Shown in pieces: positions 1 to 12,800 of a stretch of DNA of 64,000 nucleotides; position 1 is the stretch's first letter, and each line of letters opens with the position of its first letter. The stretch is from Callorhinchus milii. Its lineage: Eukaryota. Under the pieces are notes generated by a model. The model saw only the letters and a program-made list of their open reading frames with translations. It had not been told where the DNA came from and did no database searches. The position numbers and the translations under genes were made by a program. The DNA lies in the NCBI RefSeq assembly GCF_018977255.1, contig NW_024704749.1, positions 18,972,001 to 19,036,000 of the forward strand, given 5' to 3'.

Positions 1-1105
1 GGTACAATGGAGTGTCCCACAGTAAGTAGTTAATGGTTGTGTGGAGTTTAAGTTTTCTTGTGCAATCAGTTTACTTTGCATGGTCATTATTTTACATGTT
101 TTTTTTTCTTCCACCAGGAATAAAGAGGCGACAACATGGAACAGAATATAAATAAATTGTTTCAAGGAATGATCCTGTTGGTTTGGGCTCTTTTTGTGGG
201 GAGAAAATATTAAAGGTTTCTTTGCCTCACTTTAAAGATGTGTTGGAAGAACGAAAGTGGGTCAGTGCAGTTCAAGGGGAGTCCTGCATTGTCAAGAGAT
301 GGCATCCTTCAGAAGATACCAGGTCTTGTCTGCCTCTTCATGTGGATGTTGAAGAACCCGACACAATTTGAAAATAGAAGGGAGTTCCTCCTGTTGTCTG
401 TCCTGACAAACAATTTTCCAGTTAAATTGTCCATTTACCTCCTGGCTGGCTGTAGATATTGCTGTGAAAATTGCCTGCTATATTTACTTACAGAAATCCC
501 TGAAGTCATAGCACTGTTATTTTAGTACACCTTTCATAGGAACCGGATTCAGTCCCTCAAGCCTGTTCTATTAAATTCTATTAAATCAGGGCTGATCTTT
601 ACTTACTCGCCTTTTCTCCATATCCCTTACCTAACAAATATCTATCGACCGCAGACTTGAAAATTTCAATTGACTCACCATCCACAGCCTTTAGGGGGAG
701 AGTTCAAGGATTATTAGATTGAAGCTCCTAATATTTGTAATGGCCTAACAACAAATTGCATTTATTTACATAATTCCTTTTGCGGCAGGCAGACCATAAT
801 TTAAACCATTGCCTGACCTTTCAGCATTAATGTTTGTCTCAAACACAATATAACTGTTCAGCTTCGCTAGTCTGAAATTCTATGGGGCAGTTCCATGAAT
901 TTAAAAATGTTTTATTTGTCCTTTTGAAAATGTTAAAAACTTAATTTTTTTTTACAAAATGATCAGAAAGATTTAACAAAATAGAAAAGGTTTTACCTTC
1001 AAACTATACATTGGTACAGAACCAGTGAAGTAACAAGCTATGAGGTGGGCTTGAACAATCCATGGGACCACGACTTAAGTCGCCGGGTGATATTTGTCAG
1101 GTGCT

Positions 1106-4100
1106 TCAGTTCTCCACATCCTCTTCCTCATTCTCCAGTTCCTTTGGATCATCATCTTCCACAACTTTCCCTTCATTGTCTTCCTCAGTTTCCTCTTCCC
1201 TGCTCTTGTCTGGTTCTTCGTTTTCTGACTTCTTATCCCTCTTACGAAGTTCAGAAGCTTCCTTCTTTCCTTTCTGGTCTCGCTTGAAGGCTAGTGGGGG
1301 TTAGCACATTTCTGAATCACTCTCTGAGATAAGCTCAGGTTCCTACACACCAGTTCTCTATAATGGGGCACATATATGTCAACATCAAGCATGTGCAAGG
1401 TAGATCTAAAGCATAGAACCATAGAAATTTACAGCACAGAAAAGGTTATTTGGCCCATCGGGTCTGTGCTGGCTCTTTTAAAAGCATTCCTTTCAATCCC
1501 ATTTACCTGCCCTTTCCCCACACCCCTGTGGTTGACTCCTTTTTATGTATTTATCTAGTTCCCTTTTGAAAGCTAATATGGATTCTGCCTCAACCACTGA
1601 GGCACTAACAGTGTTACTCTATTACCTAAGCAACGCATTTGGTGCTCAAGTGGCAATCGTTCAGCTGGAGGTCAAAATTCCACATTGGTGCAGATATGCA
1701 TTGTTGGGCATAGAAGAGACTAAATTCTGCACTTGTTAGGTCACTTGATAGGACAATGAAATGAGAGCTTTACTGCACCCAATCCATACATGATTTGACC
1801 TGCAAGTACTCAGTGTCTGAAAACAAGGAAGTTTTATTTCAGTGTAAACTTTCCTTGAGCACCAAAAATTACAATAAAAAAAGGAGCGGGTCAATTAGAG
1901 GGCGTTTGATCCACCCCAAGGTAATGTTTAATCTAGACTGAAGGACTGCCCTAAAGCAAGAAGGAAAATATTAAAGCTTTGTTCTCAAAGAACTGCTTTA
2001 ACTCATGGTTTCCAGTACATCTTACAGCTCCTGCTGAGACAGTGCCCTTGATGATGTGAACAGCAACTCACCTTCCAAAGCATCCTTTAGAGGAGTTATG
2101 AATCGTTCAAACTCCATCTCTTCCATTGCTGCGAGCACATCAGTGGCATTCAGTGTTTTCCTCTTGCTCTTCATTGCAAAGTTATTGGCACTGGGAAGAG
2201 AGATGGCCTTTAATATACCGCAGTGTAATCATAACTAGGCAACATATTGACATTCCTGTGCTGTTCTGCAACCTGACTAATAACTTTCATAGCTTTAAAA
2301 ACATTTTTTTTCTTTACCTTGGCAGCAGGCAAAGAATGGAGAGAAAGTGAATAAAGGGGGCTGGAGTCTGTGTAGATGAGTCAACGGTGGGCAAGAGCCT
2401 AAAAATATGTGCTTGTGAGAATGATTCATCAATTTTCTTTTGATCAGCTGTTCTTCATGTGGTCTTGACACATGCAAAATCCATCACTATGCATAAAGAG
2501 TATTCAAACCAGACAAGAGTTCAAACTTATTCCATCTACACATGGAAATTCCTGTGTCACCAATTGTATAATGTTAAACATCAGGAGAAACTTCTTTCTC
2601 TCTGAGTAGCGCCATGGGATCTTTAACATCACCTGAACAGGCACACAAGACCTCAGTTTAACGTCTCATCCAAAGGACAGAACCTCAGTGCAAGTTTCAG
2701 CTTAGACTGAGTTCAAAGTACAAGTGGTAGGCCAGGAGTGTGACATTTGCTGCTAAGTGTGACTAATTGAATAGGTTTACAATGTGGATCCCTACCAGTA
2801 ATTTTAAGCCTGTATCATCACAGTCAAAACACATTAGCTCCAGAAAACATTTTGTCTCAGTGAGTGAGATTGGTGTGATTTAGGGCAATGCTGCTGTCAC
2901 AGATGGAGCTATTAGTGCCAGTCACAGCTTCAATACACCAGCACTCCCTCACTTAACTCTCCACAAAAACTCCAGGTGAGAAGGGGCGCTAGAACTGAGC
3001 TGAGCGTCAAACAGGTAGAGCTCAGTTCCTTACCAGGAGGTTGCATAGAGAACGAAGACACTGGCTGCTCGGGATATTGCGCTGCGAGCTTCCTTTGAGA
3101 CGTTCACTCCTTCTGGGAGCTGAAATAAAGCAGAGAGCTAGTTAACCGCACTATTTGGGAACAGCTTCATGGTGAATACAGAAATGGTGCGGATAATGGG
3201 TCGTCATGTAAAAACTGTTATAGCGCAAACAAAAACTTCTTCCCTCAAGAGTTATACTGTCATAGTACATGTCTGTAGTGCCACACAGTGCCAGTCCTCT
3301 CTCTCATACATTTATACAGTATATTTACACATCAGGCTCTTTCCCCAAGCTTGGCATTGCTTTAACACTGCTTATATATTTGCTCGTAACCTCTGTTATT
3401 GTGTTCAGCTGTGGTGATGTCCTGCACAATGCCTTTCAACAACAACAGCAAAATACACGGTCAGTTCACTTTAACAGTATATTCTGTGAAGCCCTTGACA
3501 CGTCTCGAAGACATGATAAGGCGCTATATCAAATGCAAGTATGATTATTAATTACGTTTGTATAGTGGCTTTCAAGTTAGACGGACGTCCCAAGCTGCTG
3601 GACAGTCAAGGAATTGGACCCGAGATGGGGGTTGGGATCAGGAGGGGTGGAAGGCAGGGAGGGAGGAAGGTTAGGGTTCCCCCATTTTTTGCCTTGGTTT
3701 GAAACAAGTATTATAGTGCCTAAGTTAATACTCTAATGCTGTGCTGGGGATGTGTGCATTGTTCTTCGGATGAGACATTAAACTGAGGCCACATCTGCCT
3801 GTTCAGATTGATATTAAAGATCCCATGGCACTATTCGAAAATAAATTTTCTCTCTCCCGGTATCCTGGTCAACAATCCCTTGTTGACTCACATTGGTCAC
3901 TCACTCCAAAGCTGTTTGCGATTATTGCTGTGTGCAACTGACTGCCGCGTTTCGCCCACAAAATACAGTCAAACCAATTCACATATCCTGTGAAAAGCTT
4001 TGGGATGTCTCAACGATGTGATATTAAATGCAAAAATTATTATTATAGTAACATATCCATATACTCACCGCTTCTTTGATGATCCGGGTAACGACTGCGT

Positions 4101-4134
4101 TCGGCAAATTTAAATCCTCTGGCCTCTCTGCCAT
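1106..4134 (-). CDS. POLE3: DNA polymerase epsilon subunit 3 / CHRAC17 (histone-fold), 151 aa, 4 coding exons
   Basis: Coding exons 4134-4069, 3119-3034, 2190-2072, 1290-1106, all GT-AG with consistent phases (456 nt). Translation [101 protein letters not shown]...acidic tail. Candidate AATAAA on minus strand at 916-911. Confidence 0.97.
1638..1866. mobile_element. MITE-like element with 13-bp terminal inverted repeats, in the last POLE3 intron
   Basis: TTTGGTGCTCAAG (1638-1650) and CTTGAGCACCAAA (1854-1866) are exact reverse complements around about 200 bp of non-coding DNA. Confidence 0.5.
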
Positions 4135-4658
4135 CTTCCTCACCTAAACCACCAACGCAGAAACCACCATCAAAAACATCCCAATCATAGAGAGCGGCTA
4201 ACTGAGAACTCCTCATGATAACACACCTCAGGCAAACCTCCTCCTTCCCCCCCCACGTATTTTAAACTCCTGAAAATCTACTCTTTGTCCTTGCCAACGG
4301 TCACCTCCCTCCCCTCCCCCACTCTGTAAAAGCTCTTTGAGACATAACAACAAAATATTGAATTTATAGATTAAATTAAATTTAAAATTATCCCAAGGTG
4401 CTGGATTAGTCAAGGATTTGGACCCAAACAGCATCTGAATAAATATAACCCAACGTGAAAGCGGCTGTGTAAATGCAATATAGTCACATTACAACAACAA
4501 CAACTGGCATTTATGTAGCGCCCCTCAAGCACGGGAGCGTCTCAGAGCGCTTGACCCGACCTTAACCAGTGTTGGTGTGTCTGTGGCACATATCACTGAA
4601 CTGGTTAGTTGTAGGATCCCAGGATCAAGCAAATAAAAATGCACTTTCACCTCCAATA

Positions 4659-5346
4659 CCCCTTCCCGCCCTCCATGGACACCCAACACCCCCTCCCTCC
4701 CTCCATGGACAACCAACACCCCCTCCCTCCCTCCATGGACAACCAACACCCCCTCCCTCCCTCCATGGACAACCAACACCCCCTCCCTCCCTCCATGGAC
4801 AACCAACACCCCCTCCCTCCCTCCATGGACACCCAACACCCCTCCCTCCCTCCATGGACACCCAACACCCCTCCCTCCCTCCATGGACACCCAACACCCC
4901 CTCCCTCCCTCCATGGACACCAACACCCCTCCCTCCTCCATGGACACCCAACACCCCTCCCTCCCTCCATGGACACCCAACACCCCCTCCCTCCCTGGGT
5001 CACCCAACACCCCTTCCCTCCCTCCATGGACACCCAACACCCCCTCCCTCCCTCCATGGACACCCAACACCCCCTCCCTCCCTCCATGGACACCCAACAG
5101 CCCCTCCCTCCCTCCATGGACACCCAACAGCCCCTCCCTCCCTCCATGGACACCCAACAGCCCCTCCCTCCCTCCATGGACACCCAACAGCCCCCCTCCC
5201 TCCATGGACACCCAACACCCCTCCCTCCCTCCATGGACACCCAACAGCCCCTCCCTCCCTCCATGGACACCCAACAGCCCCTCCCTCCCTCCATGGACAC
5301 CCAACAGCCCCTCCCTCCCTCCATGGACACCCACCACCCCCTCCCT
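4659..5346. repeat. 30-bp minisatellite, about 23 copies, in POLE3 intron 1
   Basis: Unit CCCTCCCTCCCTCCATGGACACCCAACACC with variants (ACAACC, AACAGC, single-base indels). It explains the overlapping repetitive ORFs at 4525-5517. Confidence 0.95.
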
Positions 5347-5535
5347 CTCTGGGGTCGCCACCACCCCCTCCATTTCTCTCTCCCTCCCTCCCTCCCTCCC
5401 CAGGACACCCCCTCCCGCGGCATATTGTTTGGCCGCTTCACTCGCAGATGGACCGACCCGGGGACTCGCTACTCCGGGTGGTGGTGGGTGAGGGGGGGGT
5501 TGAGGGGCAGTGAGTGAATCTCCCGCCTCTCACAC

Positions 5536-5670
5536 ACTCACCCGATCCGGCGTTGACCCTTCACCTCTCACCTCCGCGCATGCGCGCTTGCTGCCGCCTC
5601 CCTGTGACATCACCGAGTCGGGCCCTTTCTCGCCCAATTGGGCGGGTTCACGCCCAATTGGGCGACTTCT
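5536..5670 (-). promoter_or_regulatory. POLE3 non-coding exon 1 and CpG-island promoter
   Basis: Donor GTGAGT at 5541-5536 (-); acceptor before exon 2 at 4145-4144; NRF1 palindrome GCGCATGCGC 5576-5585; CRE-like GTGACATCAC about 5604-5613; two CGCCCAATTGGGCG palindromes at 5631-5644 and 5651-5664. Confidence 0.7.
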
Positions 5671-6834
5671 TGTTCTCCAGGGTCTTCACAAAGCCCTGTT
5701 ATCCCCCCACACCCCCCACCCCCACCCCCCACCTCGCGCGTGTTTTTTTTTCTTACAATTCATTTTTATTTTCTGTTGCACAGATGAGTCGAGGCGCGAC
5801 GCCTGATTGTGAACTTCCTCGTCCCTCACTCCATCCATCCGTGTTACTGAAGATGTGGGGCATCGAACATGGCAACGGATCATTATCTGTCATGAAAATG
5901 ATGGCGCTCTCTCTCTCGCGCGCACACCCACACGCACCGAATCATCCTCTGAACGTCTAAATTCAGTTAAACACTTCTACTGAATACAATTAAGTACTTC
6001 TAAATGCAACTAACATCATCCTCGGGAAAAGCGATCCACCAAACGACTAACAACTGGGTTCCCTCTTACTGCTGGGTAAGCAGAGGCGTGTGGAGTTAGG
6101 AAACTTGCCCAATGTTCTGCCCTTCTCAGGTCCTCTCGCTTGCGAGGCGAGTGCTCTAACCACGAAGCTACAGGACTCCACAAAGGGCACACACTGCTTT
6201 CCTAATTCATTAAAGTATAGGGCCTTTCACGTCAGGAGGATATCTCAAATTGTTTCACAGGATGACTACAAATTGTAGAATATGCATTGTAGCACTTTTT
6301 ACTGTAAAGTGCAGTGACTTAGTGTAGTGCTTCCGATAACTGATAGCTCCATGCACACCTACACATGGAAATTCCAGAGATGTTTATTGGAACGCAATAC
6401 CACTCTCTCATTGAAGGGCACATCCTGCTTACTTAATTAATTAAAGTATTAGGCGTAGATTGACAAGAGGCAAGGCTTGGGGAGACTAGAGCATGTGCTG
6501 TGGTAACTGCTGGATCTCATCATCTAAAACCACATAGCTTGCCATTGAGAGCACTGTCTGGCAAGCTTTCTCGCTGCTTGTCCTACACATTAGGGCTTTG
6601 GCTTGCAGCGTTAACAGGAGCTAAGTGGAAGGATTCACCTTCACAAGTTTCACCAAGGAACAATTTATTGATGCAGGGGAGGAGAGAGAAGGGGTGGGAG
6701 AAAAGAAAGTTAGGAAGGCAGCACGAAATTATGATTTGTCATATTATAGGAGGGGGGGAGCCCCCGCTTACTGTACAAGATAAACATTTTAATTAATATT
6801 GTCAATATAACAAATGAGCAGAACAGTCAGAATT

Positions 6835-9800
6835 TTACTCAGGGAGAGTTTCAGGTGGCGAAGAGGGGATGAAGGAGATGGGAGTGGTGGTCAATCGCAA
6901 GTTCTTGGCTAGGACTGAGCCCAGAGGTGAAGGTGGTGGTGCCATTGGAATTTCTTCCTGCTCTTCAATTGGAATGCTCAGGCCGAATGACTTATTTTCA
7001 CTCCTGAACAAGTTTGGAGATACCCTGCTGCTCGTGACTTCAGAGGTTTCGCCACTCTTGACAGGTGTGAAGCTGCGAGTCACCCTTCTGCTCAGCGTGA
7101 ACTTTGGAGTTGTCCGTTCGCTCTCACTGCTCATTTCCTCCACGCCAAGCGTAGCACTACTCTGGAAGTAATGGTTTAAAAACAATCCTTTGTCTTCAAA
7201 CACACTGTCTGTTGGCTCCAAGGGGATTTCAGGTGTAGTCAGTTTGCTTTCAAAATACCCTGAGTGACAGTAAAACAGATTCAGAATAGCACATCAGGGA
7301 AAACTCTGAAAAGAGTGAAAACTCTACATCTCTTTACTGCCTCATCCCATATTAACGCAGTTTTGCCAACTGGGGGAATCCAGAACAAGGGGCCATAATC
7401 TTAAAACTAGAGCTAGGCCATTCAGGAGTAAAATCAGGAAGCATTTTTTCACACAAATGGTAGTGGAAATCTGGAATTCTCTCCCCCAAAAGGCTGCGGA
7501 TGTTGGATCAATTGAAATTTGCAAGACTGAGGTCGATAGGTATTTGTTAGGTCAGGGTATCAATCAAGGGATATGGAGCATAGGCATGTAAATGCAGTTG
7601 AGGTACCGATCAGCCATGGACTAATAGAATGGTGGAATAGGCTCAAGGGTCTACTCCTGCCTCCCATGTTCCTACAGATGAAGTAGGAACCTATAGTTAG
7701 TGGTTAGAGCTTCACAAGTGAGAGGATCCGGTTCAATTCCCGGGCGGGGTAGAACCTTAAGCAGGTTCCTTTACTCCACATGCCTCTGTTTACCTAGCAG
7801 TAAGTTTCTTAGTCGATTGACAGAATGCTTTCTGGGGGTAATAATTCCTCTATTAAAAAAAAATTTGGTGACTCAATCCACGACTGTTTTGGGAGGACAC
7901 TGGAGGTGCAATTGGCTGTCCACAAAATACACATTCAATTCGCTTTACAATATATTCTGTGAAGCGATTTGAGTCGTCTCGATGATGTGATCAGGCCCTA
8001 CATCAAAATGCAAGGATTATTATTATATTATTATTATTCAGAAACATTACTCACCCTCCTCATCATCCTCATTCAGGGAGCTGCTGGTTGTGTTCTTGAG
8101 TGTTTCCTGTGACTCACTGTCCCTCTGTTTGGAAGCCGTTTTACCTGCCGTTGCAGGTTCTGAATCCTGAATGGAAATAACAAGAGGGAGCAATGTGCGT
8201 TCATCCTCTCATCTCAGGCACAGCGAGCATCATGTTTCATTTCCCCTCCTGAAGTTTGGGACTTGTGTTGCGGTGGGGTGGGGTGGTCGATGAGCGTTAC
8301 TCTGCCCAGTGATAGCAATGGGGTATCTCTTTGTCTCGTCATACAACCACCTGGTCAGTGAGGGTCCAACCATTGGGACCTGACTGAAATAAGTCCAATC
8401 TTCTTGCCACACTTCCATTGGGGGGTGGGGTAATCGCTTGATAGGAATTAGGAGCAGACACTTGGGACTATGTATCCCTCTCCTCCTATTACACCTCAAA
8501 GGAGCTAAACACAAATCTTGTCTACCCCTCCCTTTTTCACACGGAGGATAGCAGAAATCTGGAATTCTCTCCCCTAAACAGCTGTGGATCAATTGAAATT
8601 ATGAAGACTGAGTGGATACATTTTTGTTATGTCAGGGTATCAAGGGATATGGGACAAAGGCGGGTAAATAGAGTTGAGGTACAGATCAGCGAGGATCTAA
8701 TAAACTGACGGAACAGGCTTGATGGGCTGAATGGCCTTCTCCTATGTTCCTATGAATGGCCTTTGGTCATTACATGCTTTCTCATATTCTCATCAGTTTG
8801 AGCTCTCTGGGGTTCAAAAGCCAGAGATGGGGGCATTAGAACTGAAATAGTATAATGTGAATACTGAGGTGATTAGCAACGAAATAATGGAATTGAGTCG
8901 AAACTTCGTGTTGGTCTCTATAGTCCAGTCTCTGAGCCAGGTGGGTCTGCAGTATTCCAAGGCACACGGTGATTAGAAACCAACCAGCCTGGCTTATCGG
9001 CAGCACCTGCATGGGCAACCTAGTCACTTGGGACAAGGATTCTTCTGACTTGGCTCCTCTTAATCCTTACCGCTGGACAAGCAGCTGGAGCCACACGCTA
9101 TTTTCAATGGGAAACAATGCAGTTTTAGCTGGTTCAACACCAGCAGTTGAGTTACCTCAACGCACAGTCTGGAGGTGCCTAAGCCTTGGCTGCCTGTCTA
9201 ATGCTCTCCAGAATTAGGTAAGCAGCGTGTGTCCTTCCAGGAAGAGAGTGCACGTTCTATCCCAGACACGCGTTCACCAGTATGCACACATCCCCACCCT
9301 CCCCACGAGAACAGAGTTCACCAGTACAGTAATGGTTGGCTTGGTGGAGTTCCCAGACTGAGTGGCTAAGGCCAGAGATTCTTTTTCCTCGGTGACCTGT
9401 TCTGTGGTGGTGACCTGGACCAGCAATCCCTCGTCTCCTGCAGACACACACACACACACACACACAGGAGACACAGGTATTTTAGGGGCTCTTCATTATA
9501 AGCAACTCACCCAGAACTCCGCCACCCGCACCAAACCTCTCTGATGTCCTTACACACCATTCCACCTGTCCCATTCGCTCAACCGATGATGGCCTTCTAC
9601 ACGTCCCTCGTCCCCTCTGCCCCACCATCAACAGCCATGCTTTCTGCCACTACGCCCCAAAACTCTGGAGCTCTCATGCCTCAATCCCTCCACCTTGCCC
9701 GTCTTCAGATCGCATCTGGATTGCATCTAAAGACTTTCCTCTTTGACCATTCCTATGGTCACCTCCCCTCTCTCCCCTGCTCAGCGTCAAGCTCCGCTGC

Positions 9801-12800
9801 TGTTAAGCTCCCAGGTTCCTGGCCAACAATACCCAAGATAAAGTTGATCATTCACTTCAGGGCTGTTTGTGGCAGATTGCTGTGTTCAAATTGGCTGACG
9901 GGTTCAGCCACAAAATACAGTTACTACCATAAATAACTCGCGGGTCCCATTCTCCCTTATTGGCTGCCCTCGTGTCTCTTGGCACAACACTACGCTTTAT
10001 AGTAAATCCTATAACTTGCTCTGAGATGTCTCGACGGCGAGATGAGGCACTGTATCAAGTACAAGGATTGCAATTCCTGTATTGGGCGAAAGGCACTTCC
10101 ATGAGTGAGTGCACGTAATTGTACACCTGTCCACTGGCTAGCGCCACTGAGTGAAATAAGGTGCGTCCACCTCCCTCAGGGGAGATGACCGGAACAGACG
10201 TAATAAATAATAATAATCCTTGCATTTGATACAGCACCTTATCACTTGGTCAGATTCCCTGACTCTGAGATCAACTGAATGCAGCAAAATGACACGAAAT
10301 CATGGCCGAGAACCCACGTCCTCTGTGTCCATCACCGAGTCTCACACTCTTGCTGCCCGCAGTTTGTACATGAAACGTCTTTCTGATGAGACGTTAAACC
10401 GAGGTGCCGCTGGCTGTTCAGGTGGACGTCAGCGATCCCATGACACTATTCGAAAAGAGGAGGGAGTTTCCCCCCCAAAAAAAGAATTGGTCGCTCACTC
10501 CAGTCGATTGCTTTCCGGGGGTAATAATCCCTCAAATAAAAATGTGGTCACTCAATCCACGACTGTTTTGTGGGACACTGCAGTCCACAATTGGCTGCCG
10601 CATTTCATCCTCAAAAAATACAGTCAATTTACTTTACAGTATGTCCTGTGAAGCGCTTTGAGACGGCTTGACCACATGGTAAGGTGCTATATCAAATGCA
10701 AGGATTATTATTATTATTTAAACCTGCAGCAGGGAGGCGAGGAGAGAAGATTGAGAGATTACCAGCGGCTAAACCTTTCTCCAGGTTCTTCTGGAGTTCG
10801 TCACAGCCCATCACCACCGGGGGACAGAACTGCAGATTCTCAGGCCACGCAATCGATGAGGACTCCTTCTGGGAAGATTCTTCTTCGGCTAAATATGAGA
10901 GAGACAAATTCTGTTCATTTGACTTGTAGAGTTTTAGAAACATCTCCCCCTGCTCCTCCCCCCCCCCACTCCCCCAAGTCGTCCAGGGCATCACCATCCC
11001 TTCCCACACCTTGTCCATTCCAGTGAAATAAATAAGAAGAGGGAGGGCGTCCTGCAAATCACTAAATCACTACTCCCTGGTTAACACACAAAGTTCCTAG
11101 ACAGGGCGAAACCTTAGTTTCCTTACTCCGCACGCCTCTGTTTACCTAGCAGTAAGTAGGAACCTGATTGTTAGTCGATTGGTGGATCGCTTTCCAGGGG
11201 TGAAAATCCCTCCAGTGAATAAATAACTAAACTGGTCACTCAATCCACGACTGGATTTGTGGGACACCACCGAGCGCAATTGACTGCCGCGTTTTGCCTA
11301 CAAAATACACAGTCACGTCACTTTACAGTATGCGCTGTGAAGCACTTTGAGACATCTCAACGCCACGATAAGGCGCTATATCAAATGCAAGGATTATTAT
11401 TATTATTATAAGTGCCGAGCAGAAGAGGGGCTGGGGGAGCAGGGGAGGGGGCTGCAGTTACCAGGTGCCTCTTTGCAGGGCTTGGGACCATGTTTCTGTA
11501 TGTACTTCTTCCAGAGGTAGGGCTGCTTCTTCATCCTCTCATGGTCAATGGTGTCCTGCTTCCCGACCTGTAAGTAATGAAAGAAAGGCTGTCCTTCTCC
11601 CGCTGAATCCACCCACCAGAATACCTGAAGGCTTGCCTGCCCAGGGCTCCTGCTCTCCACCCTGGAATCCCTCCCACTTGGCCCCTCTCCCCCCCAACTT
11701 TCAAAGCCCACGACTAACCTCATTGACCCACATGCAAACGGTACTCGACTCCAAACCGGCTCAGCTGCCCAGCCAGCTGTGTAACGTCGCAGGAGGATAG
11801 TCACTGTTGAGATCATACCTCAACCAATTAATAACTTGAGGAGCAGGGGCTCAAATATGGAGAACGAGTGGGGAGGGGGGTCCCAAATTCATGGCCACGT
11901 TACTATGACACCGCCATCTTACCTTCTCATCCATTCTGTAAGCACCTTTGTAGGTTAGAGCACAGGTGATGTGCTGCTGCTTCTCCTTGATGCTGTGCAG
12001 GGTGACTCTGGTGTGGGTGGGAGCGAGCAAGATCGGAACCGCCGGCTCCGGCGTAGAGACAGGAACTGCAGCTGCGCATGTTGAAGGCTCTGGTGGGAGC
12101 AAATCTGTTGGGCTTTTGCCCGACACGCGTCCACTCAGCGGCAAACTAGCATGACAGGAAGGGAAAGAACATCGACGGTCGTGAAGGCTCAAGTACAACA
12201 ACAACAACCTGCATTTATATAGCAACAACAACAACAATAAAATCACATTTATAAAGTGCCTTTCACGTCGGGAGGACGTCCCAAAGTGCTGAACAGTTAG
12301 GTATATAAACATAAAATAACATCTCTCTTGTTTGGGCAAAACCCATTCAAACACCCTGACTCGGCCCATCAACAGGACTTCGAAAGGCAATGGGATCTTC
12401 CCTCTCAGCTCCTGTTAACCCTGCAGACCAAAGCCCTACTGGCTAGGGTGGTCCTAGTTGGACAGGCAGCGGGAAGCTTGCTAGAAGTGCTCTCTTGTGG
12501 CAAGCTATGCAGTTAGACTCCAGCAGTTATCCCAACTATTGTCTCTTTCCAAACTGTGGCTCATATTCTTTGGGATTAGGTAAACAGGATATGTCCCTCC
12601 GGAGAGAGAGTGAGTTCCATTTCAATACACAGGAATTACATGAATAGTAATCCTTGCGTTTGATATAGCGCCTTATCACCTCGTTGAGACGTCTCAAAGC
12701 GCTTCTCAGAATATATTGTAAAGTGGATTGACTGTGTATTTTATGGCGAAACTCAGCAGCCAATTGTGCACAGCAGCGACTCACAAACAGTCGTGGATTG

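Noticed and set aside
4659-5346. CRISPR-like regular 30-bp repeats (also 59362-59602)
   Set aside because: Head-to-tail tandem units with no unique spacers, no cas genes, vertebrate context.
4525-5517. Several 200-314 aa ORFs on both strands
   Set aside because: They are translations of a stop-free 30-bp minisatellite inside POLE3 intron 1.
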